From: the human T2T-CHM13v2.0 reference genome, Homo sapiens
Strand: one strand, 5' to 3'
DNA: 64,000 nucleotides
Assembly: GCF_009914755.1 (NCBI RefSeq)
Contig: NC_060939.1
Positions 15,101-27,841 of the stretch are shown in pieces. The notes beneath the pieces are model-generated. The model did not search any database, had not been told where the DNA came from, and saw only the letters and a program-made list of their open reading frames with translations. A program made the position numbers and the translations under genes. Each line of letters begins with the position of its first letter. Positions within the stretch are counted from its first letter, which is position 1.

Positions 15101-15824
15101 AAGGATAATAATTTTTGTTCTTGTTTAGAAATGAGAACATGAAGACCTGGAAAACTGTGAGTTATCCATATCAATGTAAAAGGCTTGTGCCCTCCCTGCT
15201 ACAAGGCTGAGATCATTTTAGAAGTGATATGCCAAGTTTCCAAGCATTTATTGTAATTTATGTTTCATAGACCAGTTATCATTCCCCACCCTGGAAATCA
15301 CTGTGGATTGACACACTCCGGGTCTGGTTGGGGCCAAGGAAATTAAAGTAATTATGATGTAAACATGTCGGTATTAATGCTAATGCTTGCTAGAAGAGGC
15401 AATGTAGAGAAGGTAGATTGACATAAGGCCATATACCCTGTGTATTCTCATTTAATGTTTAAAGGCTGAATATGCAAGAATGTTGGCAAATTTCTGGAAA
15501 CTAACTACTGGAAAATGTTAGCTAAATGGTAGATTGAGAAGTAGAGGAAGGGATGGAAAAAAAGCTGTTGAATTAGGGATAACTTTGCAAGCGCTGACTT
15601 AGGTGCTTGCGAAATGGAAGTGGAGCTGTTTCTCTCTTTTTTACACATCATGGCATTTTGCTAGGGATTAACTCATTGTCTCTTTTCTTTCCCTGCCAGG
15701 ATGCTAAGAGATCATTGATATAGTTCTTTATCACTGTCGTAATTATTTCTGTAAGACCTACACCGGCAGCATCGGTGCCATTTAGTAAATGTGCCTGCTC
15801 CATTAGGAAGCAGAAAGAAGACCA

Positions 15825-15990
15825 GTTTGAACTCCTTCCCCTACTAGTAATGTGATCTGGAAAAATTGTCTTTAATTTTACGGCCTTAGTGTTTCCCCTC
15901 ATCTGTAGCATAAAAATTATATTATAATAATATTATAATACCGACAGGATTGTTTTGAGACAGTTAATGTCACAGTGCTTGGTGAAGCAT
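15825..15990 (+). mobile_element. MIR fragment
   Basis: 'tttgaactc..actagtaatgtgatctgg..ccttagtgtttcccctcatctgta'. Confidence 0.6.
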
Positions 15991-16549
15991 AGGCCAATAC
16001 ATATGTTATGTAAATAATGGTCTTATGCCACTGATTGTCACTTATTGCACTAGATTTGACTGCCTTCTTGTTGGAAATACAGTACAATCAAGAAAATTAG
16101 CAACTTCAACCTTGTTTCTAATTTAAATATATGTTACTGTGTGTTTGTGTGCGGGTGTGTGTGTGTGTATGTGTGTTCATACCTATGTTTCTTCATCATT
16201 GAAAATGCAGTTACAGCTGAAAGTGATTTCCATTATTGGCATTTTCTCATGATAGCAGAATTTATCCTGAATTAACAGCATTAGCAGAAATGGAGACTGT
16301 TTCAACCACTGCAATCGAAGAAGTGGTAAAATGGTGTGGAAACAAGTGTCTGAGCACTAGCTCTGCAGGGAAACAGGCAATGAGGAGCAAGAATTGTCCT
16401 ACTCATGGTACTCAGTATAAGTGGGTGAAAGCTCGGCTCTGAGAAAGGACACAAGTCACCAAGGGCCATGGTCAGCCATGGTGGCTAACCTCAGAAGAGG
16501 CAGTTGTAGATATGAAGTGAGCTGTGTTACGTGGAGCGAGTTCACAGCA

Positions 16550-17260
16550 AAGGGGGAGTTATCAAGAGCAGCTGACCCAATACCTTCCGAAAGATCACCT
16601 GCTTATCAAAACCCTTTATTTTACATATTTTGCTGTTGACAGGCTGTGCAATTATTAAAGCGGCACTTTTCCTTACTTATCTTCTACAGAAAAGATCAAT
16701 AAAGCACAGATTGAATTGTTAATATCCAATATCCAGGTTTGAATAGTACAGATAAAATTGCCCACAACTGTTAGACACTCAGGCTAAAGGGAGTAGCCCT
16801 TCCCCTGGGCTGCATTCGCTTACCCTCATCAACACACTAGGAAGCCATTCAGAATGATTTCCAAGACCAATTCCTCCTATTCCACCCTGTCTAGACTTTC
16901 TTGGAATGTTTTATGTAGAAAGTCCTGGATTTTCCTTTTCATTGGCCCCTGAACTCTTGAGGTCTCTGGGTACGGAAAGTCTGTCACTGCCAAATTTCCT
17001 GTCAGCATAATTTCTTACCTGTTTTAAGTAAATAACCCATCTTTTCTGAACTCAATGGCATAGTGAGTAGTGGGAGCTGTCTGCCCAGAGGAAGGAGTAT
17101 TTTATCACTGACATGATTGAGAATTATCAGTGCAAGGTGATGATAAAAAGCAAATCAACTTTTAATTGAACTTTATTATGATTTTAAAACTCTTAACAGG
17201 CAGTGCACCCCCTTATTGCCCCAACCAGGGGCGGATTTCCTGCCTTGGAATGCCTGAGGA
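16550..17260. promoter_or_regulatory. Candidate GATA-rich enhancer
   Basis: Seven WGATAA sites (16559, 16603, 16677, 16750, 17102, 17124, 17141), E-boxes, TGACAG, and GGGCGG next to ATTTCCTG (ETS) at about 17229-17242; motif-level evidence only. Confidence 0.4.
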
Positions 17261-17273
17261 CAGTTGCTTTAAG

Positions 17274-17305
<32 letters not shown>

Positions 17306-17337
17306 ACGCATGTGCGTGTGTGTGTGTGTGTGTGTGT
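17274..17337. repeat. Interrupted (TG)n microsatellite
   Basis: Directly visible; the alternating purine-pyrimidine pattern continues through the interruptions. Confidence 0.95.
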
Positions 17338-18447
17338 TTAGTGGGGGGAGGACTTCAAAATTGTCTTCAGTTTTTTTCATTTTCCTTTTCTTTTTGAGAA
17401 ATGTTAAGAAATCAGGACACTTCAACCTGTTCAGTTATATATGCAGTAAGTATTCCCAGAGTACTGTTAGATTAACAACTCCAGATATTAGAATTACAAT
17501 AATAGGCAAGCCCTGTTTCATGCCCATCAGTAGCTCAGACATTTAAACATCCTCCAGATTCTCCAGAAAGTGTTTATTTGCTCATCTATTGTAAAAGTAT
17601 TTATCAAATACCTATCATATGCCATGTACTTTGCTGGATATTGGAGATAAAATTAACAAAGACATCCTTGACTCTGTCTTCATTTAGCTTCCAATCTCCC
17701 AGGTATGCTTACCTCCCTTCTTCATGAAAATTCTATTTCCCAAACTCAGTCACTTATTACTACTTTTAAGATCTTTTGTATGTTGATATATTAAAAGTGT
17801 TATTATTTACTTAAGATTTACTTTACTCCCACTTAAGTTGAAAACCATTTTATAAGGAAATACTTTATTTCTCCTCTCAGAAAAGTGTGCACATGATTAT
17901 AAACTCCACGAGACTTTGTATACTAATCACAACTTGCTCCTCACAGTGTCCTGCAGATGGTAAATAGAAGACATATAAATACAAATGCAATGAAAAAAAA
18001 AACCCTATTAATAAATTCTAGTTGAATCTTGTCTACCAATACCCAAATTAGTTAAAAGAGAGATTAGTACAGTTTAGAGACATACTTTAACCAAAATAAG
18101 ACTTTTCCCATGAACTAATTGTAATTATTGGAAAGGAAATAACTTTGCTACGGTGTGCCTTGGTGTTACTTTATTCCATGTCCTTGTTCCACCTAATGGT
18201 CTTGCTTACCTACAATAACCATGCCATATGTTTTGTCAGGCCCTGGTCAGCACTGTTGGATTACTTATTAAGTTTTGCATGGAGAAATCTTTTTGATTGA
18301 AGGCCTAGAATTGCTTATATCAACTGGAATTATGAACCTAATTCCAATTTATTTTCTCTTTTTTTAGTAGTCTGTAGGTGACACATTTTCACAGCATTTG
18401 TAGCTATCCCAATATATTTTTGTTCTTTTTTTTTCTATTTACTGTAG

Positions 18448-18519
18448 AATGCGTAATCCTGGATCTCTTGTTCGCAAATCGACAGCCTGAAGCCCTCTGG
18501 AAGCCCAAGACTGCTGGAG
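18448..18519 (+). other. Candidate internal exon (72 nt) of an unidentified transcript (lncRNA, 5'UTR or cassette exon)
   Basis: Long pyrimidine tract ending 'tttactgtag', donor GAG|GTAAGG, higher GC than the flanks with 3 CpGs, not recognisably repeat-derived. Confidence 0.6.
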
Positions 18520-19873
18520 GTAAGGCATGAACTTTTTTGCAATTATGTCTCTTCTGCATGGAATGATACTGCTGTTTGATTTAAGTTTGAACTTGGAAGA
18601 TTCATTCCTTTAGGGAAATATTTAACCTAATCTTGATTTTTGCCTCAAATTGGCATTAGACGAGCTTGACTAAGTGGTCAGGTTGGGTTAGCTTTACAGA
18701 TTGGATTCTTGATTTAATACAGCTCAAACTACAAGTATTATTATTATTATCTAAACCCTCTTTGCCAATTTAGAAAAAAATATAATAGGAGGAGAATAAA
18801 GATAAATAATAAAAGCACTGCCCAAGCACACCGTTTGAATCATAACCTGGGTCAGTGAGTTGCATGCCATACACTGACAGTCCTTTGTGGGGTGTTCCCA
18901 AATTTTATTCAATGTAAAGTGTGTTCTTTTCATAACCAAATGTGTACACTGTAATGGCCTTGTCTGTTAAGCAGCCACACAGGAAGGCAAGTTGCATGAT
19001 GCCTATAGATGGAAATACTCCAAATTATGATCAAGTGATGGGAGAAGCAGCAGCCAAGTGCCAGAGAGAGTCTGTGAGTGGACATGTGGCTGCTGTTCCT
19101 CATGAATGTTGGTGGGAGCAGGGCCAGGGCAGTCGACAATTCTACGCACACAGTGACACGGCATTGGGTGACTGAGTGGACTTCATTGTGACTTTGCTTT
19201 TATAGACTCTGAGACACTGACGCACTGTCCTAGTCATTGTGTTGAAATCATTGCTGACTCTTAGTGATGTTTTCAGTTTGTTCATCTCCATAAATATATC
19301 TTCAAGATTCTGGTATGTTTCAAACTCCCACTTTCCCCCCCAGAAATGGGTCTTTCTGATTCAGGATTCACCTTCTGTCATAAGTCATACTTTCTTAATT
19401 GTTACTTTTTGAAATCAAGTTATGATATACACCTTGCTTAAACATTCAACTCCTTCAGTAATTTTCTTGATATTTTCAGCCTTTAAGTCCTACACAATCT
19501 GTCGTAAAGACTGCTGCTCTGGCAGACATGAGCCTTTATGATTTCTGTCTCCTGTGAGGGTCTGCACCTACTGAAAGGTTGATTCTCTGAGAAAGGCTGA
19601 ATTACCATGAGATGGCAGTAGAGAGCAGCCTGGCAGATAAGCCCATATTCCTTGGTATTTGAGCCAGACTAGGGGCTGGGCCTAGTGGGAGGAGCTAGAT
19701 TACAAGGTAGTCTGCTTTTGATTTTTAAGTGTCTTCCTGGGAAGAGAGCGAGGCATGTCTATGAAAGAAAATGCCGGTAGTAACATCTGAGGTTAACAAA
19801 TGTGTGTCAGGAGAATGGAAGACAATTCCTGAAATATACCAACCTCCGGTGATCAGAGTTCTACCTGGCTGTA

Positions 19874-19878
<5 letters not shown>

Positions 19879-19948
<70 letters not shown>
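19879..19948. repeat. Compound (TC)n(AC)n microsatellite followed by a purine-rich tract
   Basis: Directly visible. Confidence 0.95.
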
Positions 19949-19950
<2 letters not shown>

Positions 19951-22699
19951 AAAAGAGAAAGAGAGAGAGGGAAGGGGGAAGGGGATGGAGGGAGAGAAAA
20001 GAGAATAGATAGAGGACACAAATACTTTATCCTTGGAAAGCAAGGTTAAGTGAGATCAGCAAAACGCAAGAAGGCAATTGTGACTGATAGGAGCCACGCA
20101 GGACAGCTGAAGTTTGAGACCATATTACCTTGGCTTTGCCATTTCGATTCTCAAAGGGGCCAAAGTGCTGCCGGATTAGACACTAGCATGGGCTCTAAAT
20201 CCTGTGTATTTTAATAGCCCCTATTGTACAGAGAAATAAGAAAAAGTTAAAGATGGATGGCATTTTTAAAACGGTTGCCCAGAATGTGCCATGTCTTGCT
20301 TAAGTCACTTATTGCACTACTGGCAGTATTAGAATTAGAACCAAGTCCACATGCCCTAATTATCGGTAGGCCATGCTTTCCAAATCACAAGAGCAGGAGC
20401 AATTTATTTTTCTCTCAAACAGAAAAGATATTAAAAGGGAATTCAAAATGACCCTAGAACTCTATTGGAGGAATGTGGATGCCTCCATGTAGTAGAAGGA
20501 ACATGGGGCTTTGTGGCCAAAGAGAACTGGTATCAAATCTTGCCTCCATCTCTTATAATCTATGTGGCATTAATCTTGTGGTTTGTGTATCTTAATTTCT
20601 TCTGAGCTTTAGAAGAAATCAATAACATATTAAAAATATCAAAAATATCAATAAAAATACCAATAACATTGATATAAAAAGTAGAATTGAGGATTAAATG
20701 AGATACACATATATAAAGGAGAGATAGGTGAAGACTGAATCCTGAAATTGTTCAATGTGGAAAATATTGATTTGATTTTTGGAACTGGATTCTGAAGTCT
20801 AAGGTAGGAGGTAGAATCACTTTTTTTGGGTTGAAGATGCTTTTGTTCTGTCAAGGACTACTTGCCTGGTTGCTTATAGTTATGCAGATAATAGAGCAAA
20901 TGACACCCATTTTTCTGGAGAAAGACAGTGCCAATGTTTTGTGTAGTACCTGCCATTTGAAACTGTAACTGTGATAAGTTAGACAGCACTCTGCTCTCCA
21001 AAGAGTCATGGGAACTTCCTGGAAAAGAGACATTCAGACTCTACGTCTTCTCTAGGGTCAGTCTGAGGAAAAGAAAATGCTTTGCTAATCCTTTGGACAG
21101 CCGTGAGACTGGGGACATAGATGAGAGGAGGAGGCAGACAGGCCTCCCTGGAAAGGAGTGGCAGCCTCACCCTCACTTCACAGCTGGCAGTACCCACTGC
21201 ACTCTGGGCCCTTCCCCTCAGCCACTGCAGAGGCAGCTTTGGTTCCAGTCCAAAACCGGGGCTAGAGAAGATTTAGGATTTGTGGAGCCAGTGGACCCTT
21301 GATAATACCAGGCCAAATCAGAGAGTCGGTACCTCTTGAGAGAGGGTCTGTGGCTGGGCCAGGGGAGTTCCTGAGCCAAGAGACACCAAGGCCAACTTTG
21401 GAAGTCATCTACATCACCTGTCAAAGCCAGTAATTATGCTGAAGTCCCCTGACTCACATTACACACTCTGAAAGAAAGAGAGTCACTAGCTGGCTCTCCA
21501 TCAAGTCCTCAGGAAGTCTATATGTAAAATAGAGATTTGGTACCAGCATTATGCCTCTTCATAAAGTATGAACTTAAATTTTTCATGCGTTAGAGAATTG
21601 GGGTTAATGCTTAAAAAGAAAGCTTCTCATAAAATAAAACTAATGAAATATGGCTCTGAACGGATTTCAGAGACACGTCTTCCAGACTGCCTGGGGTCCC
21701 CTGGAAGGAAAAGGTTTGCTCTGATTATCAGCAAACTCTGAAAAACTGTGACTACACTGCTCGAAACTCATCATTTTCTTTCTTTTTCTTTGACCCAGAA
21801 ACTCCTTCTTTCCCCTTGGACTCTTAAAACATCTATTAGTGACTATATTGTGATGGTGGCTTTGTAATCTCGCAATTCTGGCTCTTACATGGGGCAAGAA
21901 AAAAAAAATTGTTGGCAAGCTCATCGGGTTCTGGAAAGGCTGTGCCTTTCCCAGCTGGCCAGGGGAGCCGGAAGCCTGGGAAGGCTGTCCACAGGCTTTC
22001 TGGCAATGGTATAGGAAGAAAAAAGGAGAAGGAGGCTTAATTCCTAGCTGGCTGGACCTTGGAAGGTGGCCTCTTTTCCCTTTGGCTCATGAAGCTGAAT
22101 AGAAGGCCAAGAATTCTAGCTGAGTTCCTGTCAGCTTGTCGCCTTGCTTTTGGACTCATGGAGTGAACTGAGTTGAGAAGAAGCTGAGGGCTGCCTGAGG
22201 CAGGCTTACCACTGAGCCATGAGGAAGACAGACCCTCCCTGTCACAATTGGAGTCAGAATATCTTAGCCAGAGGCCTCTCTCCTTTCAATTTAGAGAAGT
22301 AGATTGAAGAGTAAATGGCCTAATTAATTGTAGAATGTTTGCTCAATATTTGTTTTTTTTCTATTATACCATGAAATTACCATAAACAAAAACTACACTT
22401 TTATTTCTAGGCAATGAAAACCTTATTGCACAAAGGGTATGTGGCATTAAGTCTTAAACTTACAAGTATATCTTTCACAGCAAATGTCACATGACTTTAA
22501 AAATCATCTTAAAATATGATTCTTCTCAAAGCGTCTTGTGTGACTTCAATGAAATACTCATATGTGCAGCATCCCTCTAGTAGGTACTGACTTATTAAAG
22601 CCATTTAACACCTACGCAAGTTGCTACATGCAAAGAGGCACTAAGTCTTCGTTATATTTGTTTCTTCAGTGCTTAATATTGAGGCAAAAACAGTGATGC

Positions 22700-23105
22700 T
22701 CAGCAAATGGTCCCTTTGTCATTTTCCCTGTATTCCTTGGCCCTTTTGCAATCAGACAGGACACTGTGACCAACTCTAGACAATGACGTGTGATTGGAGG
22801 TAATACGAATGTCACTTGCAGACTAAGAGAATGAAAGCTCTCATGCAATGCTTCATGATTCTATGGTACGATGTTGCGGCACGATTTCATGGCCATCTAG
22901 CAGGCATATATTCTGGATGATATAGCTACAGGGTGATAGAGTCTCCTTCAACTTGGATCCTTGAGTGACTGTGTGGAGCAGAGTCCCTGCTGACATTTCA
23001 TTGGCTATAAAATATGAGCAAGAAATAAGCCTTTGTGACATTAAGTCACTGATATTTAGGTGTCAGTTTGTGGCTTGCATAATAGAGCCTGACCTGACAA
23101 GTGCC
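22700..23105 (+). mobile_element. Old MLT1 (J/K-like) LTR
   Basis: 'ttggatccttgagtgactgtgtggagcagagtccc..tgagcaagaaataagcctttgt..ttaagtcactgatattt'. Confidence 0.65.
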
Positions 23106-23184
23106 AAGCAATTAGTGTACATTCAGTTAATTTTTGCTGAAAAAAGAAAGCGCTCTCATTTACCTAAATAAAAGCCTAAATCAT

Positions 23185-23400
23185 AATCATACCAATAGCA
23201 ATATATTCGAGCCCTGTTTGTGTGCCAGGCATTGTGCTAAGTCATTTACATTTATAATTTTATTGATGTTGCATAACAACTCTATAAAGTATCATCCCCA
23301 TTTTTCAATGAGGAAAATAAGGCCTAGAATAGCTAAATCTTGTCACAGAATGTCTTGAAGGTTCTATTCAAACTCAAGAATTCTAACTGTAGAATCCTTT
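23185..23400 (-). mobile_element. MIR
   Basis: 'tgtgccaggcattgtgctaagt..cataacaactctat..atccccattttt..atgaggaaa'. Confidence 0.75.
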
Positions 23401-24431
23401 GCAGTGTATCTGATTTTCATTTTTCTGTATCATATATCACTTCCTTTGTTGGCAGATTAAATGTTTGTGTAGGCAACCTGAATGCTAGCTGGAAAGCCCC
23501 CATACACTCAATCCTTATTCCTAAATTCAACAAGTCTTCATGTTTTAAATCATTGTAAGAGAGCTTGCAGTTCCGGATAAGGACAGAGTTGCATGGCGCA
23601 GAGTTCAGTAGAGGAATAGAAGCTGAAAGAGAGGAAAGTTGCCAGCATCCCAGTTCATAGTAAGTCAGATCTTATTAGATAACTTAATTATTTTGTTTGA
23701 AATTAGGTCTGAAAACATGGTATTAAATCAGTTTTATCTGTAAATTAAAAAAATAATTACTTTTTCCAAAGTTTGGATGATATATTGGACTGGATTACCC
23801 TTGCTTCAATTTCCCCCCTTTCTAACAGTCTAATAATGCCTCTGTATTATTTTATTAAACAGCCCTGGCTAAAGATCAGAAAGAATACATGAGCAATTTC
23901 CTTGAGTTGTCTCATCTATGACAGTGCTGCTGAATGGAGGGCCTATAGTGGGAAGTTTGGGCAAAGTGTGGTGAAAACAAAGAGAATTGTTGGTGAAACC
24001 TGTGCCACAGGGGAGGGACATTTATCATGGATCCTGAGGGAGACAGGAACATATTCCAGGCAGAGGAAGTAGGTTGGGCATTCTCAGCACAGGCAGGTAG
24101 ACAGGAAAGAACTCTGTATTTGAGGTGCTGGCACTTCATTTATTCATTTAACTTTACGGAGAATGCTGGGAATTAGTTGAAGCATAGATTTCATGGAAAG
24201 ATGAGTAGAGAAATGAACTGCAAAAGTTATTTAGGATCAGGTTGGGAAGGGATATGTTTATCTTGCTAATTTAAAGAGTTCATTTAAGAATCCTAAGTGA
24301 ACTTTATAATCTTAAAATAAAAGCTTTTATTTAATAAAAGGAGATGGACCTAATTATTGTACTCATTTTATGTGTGTGAAGCATCTGAAAATTTCATATA
24401 TGTTATCTCCAGGTTTAATTAAACAGAAACC

Positions 24432-24529
24432 AATGGTGGAGCTTAGAAACAGCTTAGAATTATGTACTATTTCTTCCACTAATGGTGGAGCTTAGAAATG
24501 GCTTAAAATTATGTAGTATTTCTTTCACT
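24432..24529. repeat. 49-bp tandem duplication (2 copies, 44/49 identical)
   Basis: aatggtggagcttagaaacagcttagaattatgtactatttcttccact / aatggtggagcttagaaatggcttaaaattatgtagtatttctttcact. Confidence 0.95.
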
Positions 24530-26706
24530 TATCCATGATCCACTTTAAAGCCTTCCTCATGCTCTATCTCCTTCAATAAAAGCCTAAAATTGTTTAGAGA
24601 CAAACACTGGGAATGGGGGTGGGGGGAGCATGAATATATAAAGCAGTGCTGACACGCCCCAGGCATACCGTCTGATTTAATTCAGTCCGTTGTTTGTTTC
24701 TCCCATGAACTCATGCCATTTACTCTGGCCTAAGACTCCTTTTTCTCCAATTCCTAGACTTTTTGCCTGACTCTGGTCAGTTCATTTTCTTAGCACCCCT
24801 GTACTTCCCTCCTTTTCTGAGAGCCCTTGGTCAGGTCGTATCTTTAAATACAAATCTATCTTTCATCCAAAAATGTGTCAGTACTTGAAGAAACAGGAGA
24901 CCGTAATACTTAGTAGTCATGTAAAAGGATCATAGTGTATACTTATGAAAAGTCCGTGGTGTGGGATCAATGTTGATGAATCAGAAAACTGACATTTCAT
25001 AATGTGGAATATATTTTATGTTTCCCAGCATGTTAATTCATTTAACCAAAATGTATTGACTAGATTCACAAACTGGATATTTTTTTAAATATCAGGAAAA
25101 TATACCCTTTCCCTGAAATTAATTGCGTAGCACTTGTTTTTGTTTTTGTTTCCTCTGACAAGATGAGTGTTTTTAAATACCACATGAACTCTTGCTGGAG
25201 TCTGCATGTAAATTATGTTATCAGTCCCGTCCTAATAACCTGGATAGAGTATGCAATGAGGAACACCTGGTGCTCATACACATTACCTTCTTGGGGTTAT
25301 CTGGTTGGGGCCATTCATTTTAGACACATTAAAAATGCCTTTCCATAACTATAAAGAGCTTACATGCCCAACCCTGGCCAGCTGCCACTCAAGTGTTGCC
25401 ATTAATCTGTAGCAGGGAAAGATCAAGAATGACCTGGAATAACCCACTTTTACAACAAGAAAAAAATGTGAATCACAAATTCCAGTAGTTAAGGATTGAA
25501 ATCATCATTTTATATTTGGAGGAAGGCATATTGCTGTCATCATAAATAAATTTGGTGTATTTAATGTTTTAATAAGCAAGAGAATTGTGATGCAACTATC
25601 TAAACCAGCCAACAGCCACAGAATTTGATTTTTTGCCAATTTTTTTTTTCCTTTTCTTTTTGGTTGGGTGACACAGTGAGAAGTATTTAACTAACCATTC
25701 TCTATACAATTCATTTTCTGAGGCTTGCAGTGTACTTCATTGGTAAAGCTGGATAAAGACAATAACTGGATAAATTGTTTTTTGTACCAGATATTGTGAT
25801 GTAATCTAGAAAACTGTACTAAAGAGAATATTGGCTTAGTCTCCTCATAGTTCAGCTCTTTTCTATGTAAATGCCCAATCAGTTGTTCATAAAAACTAAA
25901 ATTATGACCTTCATTTACTGTAGCTTGAAGTTACAGCAAAAGTGTTCCATCAATAAACTCTTCAATGTTTTTTCGATCCTCATAATATCACCCAGCAATT
26001 CTCTCCTTGAGTTGAGATAATAGCAGCAATTAGGCAGCTTTTATTTCTCAACCCCTTTTAACTTTTGCTGTCTTATAAACGAGCACACAGCATATATATG
26101 TAACCACTATAGAGGGAATGCTGGTAAGTGTCAGAAGCAGTAGAAAACAGTTAGCCTATTCATGAATTATCCTTTATTTTTCACTTTAGCCCCAAAGGTT
26201 AAATGTGAATGTGCTTGGTTTGCCTCTTTCTATTTTGACTGCATGTGAAAGCCTTGGAAGAGTTCTGTAGATGGGCAAAGAATGTAAGGTTTATGAAAAT
26301 CAAACACACTTGCATTTATTAGTGGTCACTAATGGCATGTAATTAAAGTAATTACAGGAAGGCAAGCAGACAATTAACTTGTTGAAAGTGTCAACAAAGG
26401 GCAATAACAGAGTTTAAAGTTCTTGTCTGCGTGGTTCATCTTTAAGTCCCACAAATATTATAGAGAAAGAATAATGCTAACCAGAACGGTCAGGCTAATA
26501 TTAGACCTTTATGAAGCAACCCTGAAGTCTGTACAGTAAAAGCAAAGAGCCAAGGGCAGGGTGTTGTGGTATAGCATGGGGTAGAAGGAAGGGAGCTGGA
26601 ACCAAAAACAGCCTTCAGAAATAATGGTGGCTTAGTCAGAACTTTAGCAAGGATTGACTGCAGCAGATGGCAAGAGAATAATGAACACAGAAGCCTTCTT
26701 TGCCAT

Positions 26707-27079
26707 TGTATTAGTCTGTTCTCAAGCTACTAATAAAGACATACCCAACATTGGGAAATTTTATAATGAAAAAAAGGTTTAATGGACTCACAGTTCCACA
26801 TGGCTGGGGAGTCCTTATAGTCATGACAGAAGACGAAGGAGGGGCAAAGGCACATCTTACATGGAGGCAGGCAAGAGAGAGTGTGCAGAGGAACTACCCT
26901 TTATAAAACCATTGGATCTCATGAGACTTATTTATTCACTCTCCCGAGAACAGCATGTGAAATCCCCCACCACCCCATGATTCAATTGCCTCCAACCTGG
27001 TCCCTCCAATGACACATAGGGATTATGGGAGCTACAATTCAAGATGAGATTTGGGTGGGGACACAGCCAAACCATATCA
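26707..27079 (-). mobile_element. THE1 (B/C-like) solo LTR
   Basis: 'tgtattagtctgttctc..aataaagacataccc..gatgagatttgggtggggacacagccaaaccatatca'; perfect 5-bp TSD GCCAT (26702-26706 and 27080-27084). Confidence 0.93.
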
Positions 27080-27841
27080 GCCATCATTCTATGCATCCAA
27101 AGTGTAAACCACATTCTTCATCCTTGCTTGGTCTTGGTCAACAGTTACTTCATACATATATAATTTTTTTATTACCAAGTGGGTTATATGCTCCTGGGGG
27201 ACAAAAATGTCCATTTTTGAAATCTTCCATGTCTTCTGCCTTGCTCGGTTTGAAGCACAGCATCAGTTGTTGGGTAGGAGCCTCCCTAATTGCCCATCCA
27301 GGATCTCCATCCTCAACCTGTTTCTCTATGCTAAGTTCAGTAAGAGGCAGGCTTGATGCTAAATACTAGGAACCTTATTTCAGTTTTGAGGTTGACTTTT
27401 TCTGAAGGCTAGACCCAGTCACTGATACATAAGAACACTGCTAGTAATACTAATAAATGTATAAGCACCAATTATCTTTTATATACTACCTACTTTATTA
27501 TCTCATCAGGACAACTTTATGAGGTTGTCTTCAAGAGGGTGGAGGCAATCCCATTTGTATTATGTCTATGTAAAGTAAGTTGGAGTTTTAGAGTAGTGAC
27601 TTGGAAACCAACCCTTTGGGAAGACTTAATTGGAATATCTTTTCTTGATAATGGAGTGATTATAATATTCTAGGACTAGGGGCCATTTGCTATCAAAGGA
27701 ATGAGGTTATAAAAAGAGATGCCACTTCCCTAACCTCTCCCCAAATGAAAGCACACATCTACAGACAAATGTAAGTGGTTTGCAATTTCATTAATTCCAT
27801 ACTGCACCATTTCTTAAATTCACTATTTTCTTATCATTCTT

